Assembly: GCA_001687465.1 (NCBI GenBank)
Contig: LVLI01000912.1
Span: 1-33,860, forward strand
DNA from: Halocafeteria seosinensis
Taxonomy: Eukaryota
Reading direction: 5' to 3'
Length of the DNA: 33,860 bases
Shown here: positions 31,281 to 33,860 of the stretch, piece by piece
How the letters are laid out: each line of letters starts with the position of its first letter
Numbering within the stretch: the stretch's first letter is position 1
The notes under the pieces: model-generated
Database searches by the model: none
Seen by the model: the letters and a program-made list of their open reading frames with translations, nothing else
Told to the model about the DNA's origin: nothing
Program-made: the position numbers and the translations under genes

Positions 31281-32784
31281 TTAGCGGGACGGGACACTCC
31301 TTGCTGCCCGTATCTCTTCCTCGTCTTTGTCTAACTTGCGGCTCCACTTCTCCGGCAAAGGATTGTTTCTCAGCCAATTATCGAATCGTCGTTCGTTTGC
31401 TCTATCATCAGACTTTGAAGCCTGCTTTGATCTTTCAGTTACTTCATAATCATCTTCACCAGCTTCTGTCTCAAATTCCTCTTTATTTTCCCGATAAAGG
31501 TCTTCAAGGGCCATTGCCTCCCGGGTTTCTGCAAACTATGGTTTTAAGTTTCCAGGTATACCGCTAGCACAAAATGAAGTGAAGCATACCGGAGTCAAAA
31601 ATGCTGACGATTATGTTTCCACAATCAACAACCATCCAGTCGTCCATATCGCGTCCCTCTACTGCCCAATGTCCTACTTCATGAGGAGGTTCAAGCTCCC
31701 TATCTTGCAACTGTTACGATCGTCTCCAACGCCTCATAAGAGTACATATTACGCAACCTCAATTGCTGAAACTTACGGCTTTAACTAACATGTCCCCGAT
31801 CTTTCGCATGTGCCCGACAGAACGGCCTGTAACACATATGAGATAGTCGCCCAACCCGTTCTCTCCAAGCTCAACGCATTGGACATCCTGTCCTCTCTCT
31901 GTTTCGAGAGCTTTTGTTATATCGTCAACGGTCAAAGGCTCGCTGGAACACACGCGTTAATTTGCTTGAGAGTCCTTTCAAGACTACAGCAACAGATGAA
32001 CATACCCCTTGCGAACTGGGATGCGAACCGGTCGCATTTCCTGCTCAGGAGGGACCCACGAGGGGTTAGTGCCATCATTCTGTAAAAACAGAAAAATACG
32101 ATTGCTTTATTCATTGATGGTAGCAGTTGCTAATAGCAGCACATACAGTAAAGTTTGTCTCCGCGTCAGCTCCCTTGTACATGCGAGCGAGTGCATCGTA
32201 GGCCTTGGCCGCTTTTTCAGCAGTGTCGTACATCCCTCCTGATATTTCGTTATCGTTGTGCACTAACACAGCTTCGAAATTCTTCGTTTCTGTGTCATAT
32301 ATTACACCTCTGGGATGCGAAGCAAAGCCTATTATCTACGACTAGATCGATGACAGAGATAACCTCCAGCTTACTTGTACTTCCTGACATTCTTCATCCT
32401 TGATACAAGTTTCTCCGCCGCCCCTGGATCAAAGAAGGATTTCGCTGCCATGTATGCCTCATGTGCCTCTTGTGCGGTGGAGAACGATCCTGCACAGGCC
32501 ACTCATTGCCCAGCTGGGAACTGAAGGCAAGCTTCACAGTCCTACATACCCAGGTACATCAACTTCCCATTCACCATGATACGCGACATCCAATGCTGCC
32601 GTTGCTTATTGTAATATGCCCCAGGGAGCTTCTCACCGTCCTTGTTGTTAGGTGTACGAGCTGGATTTTGTTCCTTGGTGGTCCCCTTTGGCTTTCCTCC
32701 AGTACTGAAATCACATACCGGCACGATAAGGGACTGATTCCTTCTGGTCGTTGACCAAGCTAATGTCCGGCCAAATTGCTTCAT
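31281..32784 (-). CDS. 373-aa fusion of two AP2 domains and an RsfS/Iojap/MALSU1 domain, 7 exons (32784-32550, 32489-32375, 32309-32147, 32079-32006, 31942-31777, 31710-31590, 31528-31281)
   Basis: Six GT..CAG introns of 60-67 nt give one stop-free 1122-nt frame. AP2-1: LPGAYYNKQRQHWMSRIMVNGKLMYLGSFSTAQEAHEAY. AP2-2: KYKGVIYDTETKNFEAVLVHNDNEISGGMYDTAEKAAKAYDALARMYKGADAETNF. RsfS: ITKALETERGQDVQCVEL..GDYLICVTGRSVGHMRKIGDMLV...VEGRDMDDWMVVDCGNIIVSIFDSETREAMALEDLY. Confidence 0.85.
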
Positions 32785-33051
32785 TGTGGCAATACGAATG
32801 AAAGTATTGGAGTCTCACTCTCGCAACTGACAATACATTCGCGCACAACAACCTCAAAGTGTCTGCTTCATCGGTAGAGGCTTCTTATAAAGAGGCTAAA
32901 GTTGAAGTGGGTGGCAACGACACGAAAAACGAGCGCCCTCTCCTAGGGAAGCATGTGACAGTTCATTGGACGGAGTATGAGACAAGACGATCGCGATTCG
33001 CGAATCGCAACGTTCGTTGAACGCCCGGGCGGCCCAGCAACATATAATACT

Positions 33052-33144
33052 AAAGGAAAAATGGTGAATTTTTGATGTAATGACTTTTCGCTACGCTCAA
33101 AGCCAAACATCAAAAACGCTGACGCTATTCACCATTTTTCCTTT
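33052..33144. repeat. Nested inverted repeat (18-bp outer stem plus 10-bp inner stem)
   Basis: aaaggaaaaatggtgaat (33052-33069) pairs with attcaccatttttccttt (33127-33144). tttttgatgt (33069-33078) pairs with acatcaaaaa (33107-33116). A partial third copy, attcaccatttttc, is at 33267-33280. Confidence 0.9.
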
Positions 33145-33152
33145 CTCCATAT

Positions 33153-33314
33153 AAAGTGTAATTTCAAAGTGAAATTTTNAAAAGTGAAATTTTCAAAAGT
33201 GTAATTTTAAAATTATAAAGTTAAATTTTAAGATTTTGATTTATATAAATTTTGAAGTGTAAAAAAATTCACCATTTTTCAAAAGTGGACAAAATCTTAT
33301 ATAAAATCTTATGT
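33153..33314 (+). repeat. Degenerate 13-15-bp tandem array (AAAGTG[T/A]AATTTT) and a 12-bp tandem duplication
   Basis: aaagtgtaatttc, aaagtgaaattttn, aaaagtgaaattttc, aaaagtgtaatttt, aaagttaaatttt, aagtgtaaaaaaattc; then aaaatcttatat aaaatcttatgt. Confidence 0.8.
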
Positions 33315-33860
33315 TGAAACTTTTATAATTTAATTCTATATATTTTATTAAAATCTCTTTAAGTAGAAATTTTAATGATTTTGTGAAATCGTTTTGATTG
33401 TAAGTATTGTTTTACCATCAGCGGTAACCAGAAGCTGTATATCATTTTGGATAATGTATATGTATGATTTAACGTTTATTTGTCGTGTATTAGCGATTTC
33501 CCACCACACCAACCAAACAGAGCAAGATTGACTTGATTGAATAGGCAATCTTTTGATTGTTCGGTATTTGTGGGTCATTTACAAGGTGAAATAGGCAATG
33601 AACAACTACTTTGTACATTGATTACTCTTCTCAACTCTCTAAAGAACCTATTAAAAGTATTACATTTTGATTACATCTTATATTTATTTAGCAGGGTCAA
33701 TTAGAAATTCAATCTTTGGATTGAACAGGCAATCTTTTGATTGTTTGGTTGGGAAAAAATGGTATTGACTCTATACAGCATATAGAAAATGTAATCAAGC
33801 CCTCTCCGTTGTTGATGAGGTAGTTTATTGTTTGATTTATCTGTGTGTCAAGTATTGGAC

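Larger units (their letters stand above)
33041..33860. mobile_element. Left terminus of a strongly AT-rich foreign insert (candidate endogenous virophage or Polinton-like virus terminal repeat), running off the window
   Basis: Sharp compositional break after ...gcccgggcggcccagcaa|catataatactaaagg. The insert begins with a long hairpin and arrays of short repeats. No host-style genes are evident, and no viral hallmark gene lies inside the window. Confidence 0.55.

Noticed and set aside
33372..33578. 68-aa minus-strand ORF in the AT-rich insert as a viral gene
   Set aside because: Short and without a recognisable motif. It may be a chance ORF within a terminal repeat, so it was not called as a CDS.

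Overview
Gene-dense eukaryotic DNA, probably from a protist and stramenopile-like (inference from the CCT5 N-terminus and gene style), with short GT-AG introns of about 58-100 nt. The right half holds housekeeping-type genes: a Tubby-like protein, an SLC25A39/40-type mitochondrial carrier, an F-box/LRR protein and CCT5. The left and middle are an accessory mosaic: relics of an archaeal-type RNase HI in two copies, a frameshifted P-loop ATPase, an ankyrin gene and an ankyrin pseudogene, a GEX1/KAR5/Brambleberry karyogamy gene, a 1654-aa coiled-coil ORF, two hAT transposon relics, and an intronless secreted GLUG-repeat protein with a prokaryote-like C-terminal domain. There are two highlights. 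(1) A 7-exon gene, broken up in the ORF track, splices cleanly into a 373-aa protein: putative mitochondrial presequence, two AP2 domains, then an RsfS/Iojap/MALSU1 ribosome-silencing domain. (2) At about 33041 the sequence switches abruptly to very AT-rich DNA that opens with a large hairpin and iteron-like repeats, consistent with the terminus of an integrated virophage or Polinton-like virus. All gene models were spliced by eye and no database searches were run.
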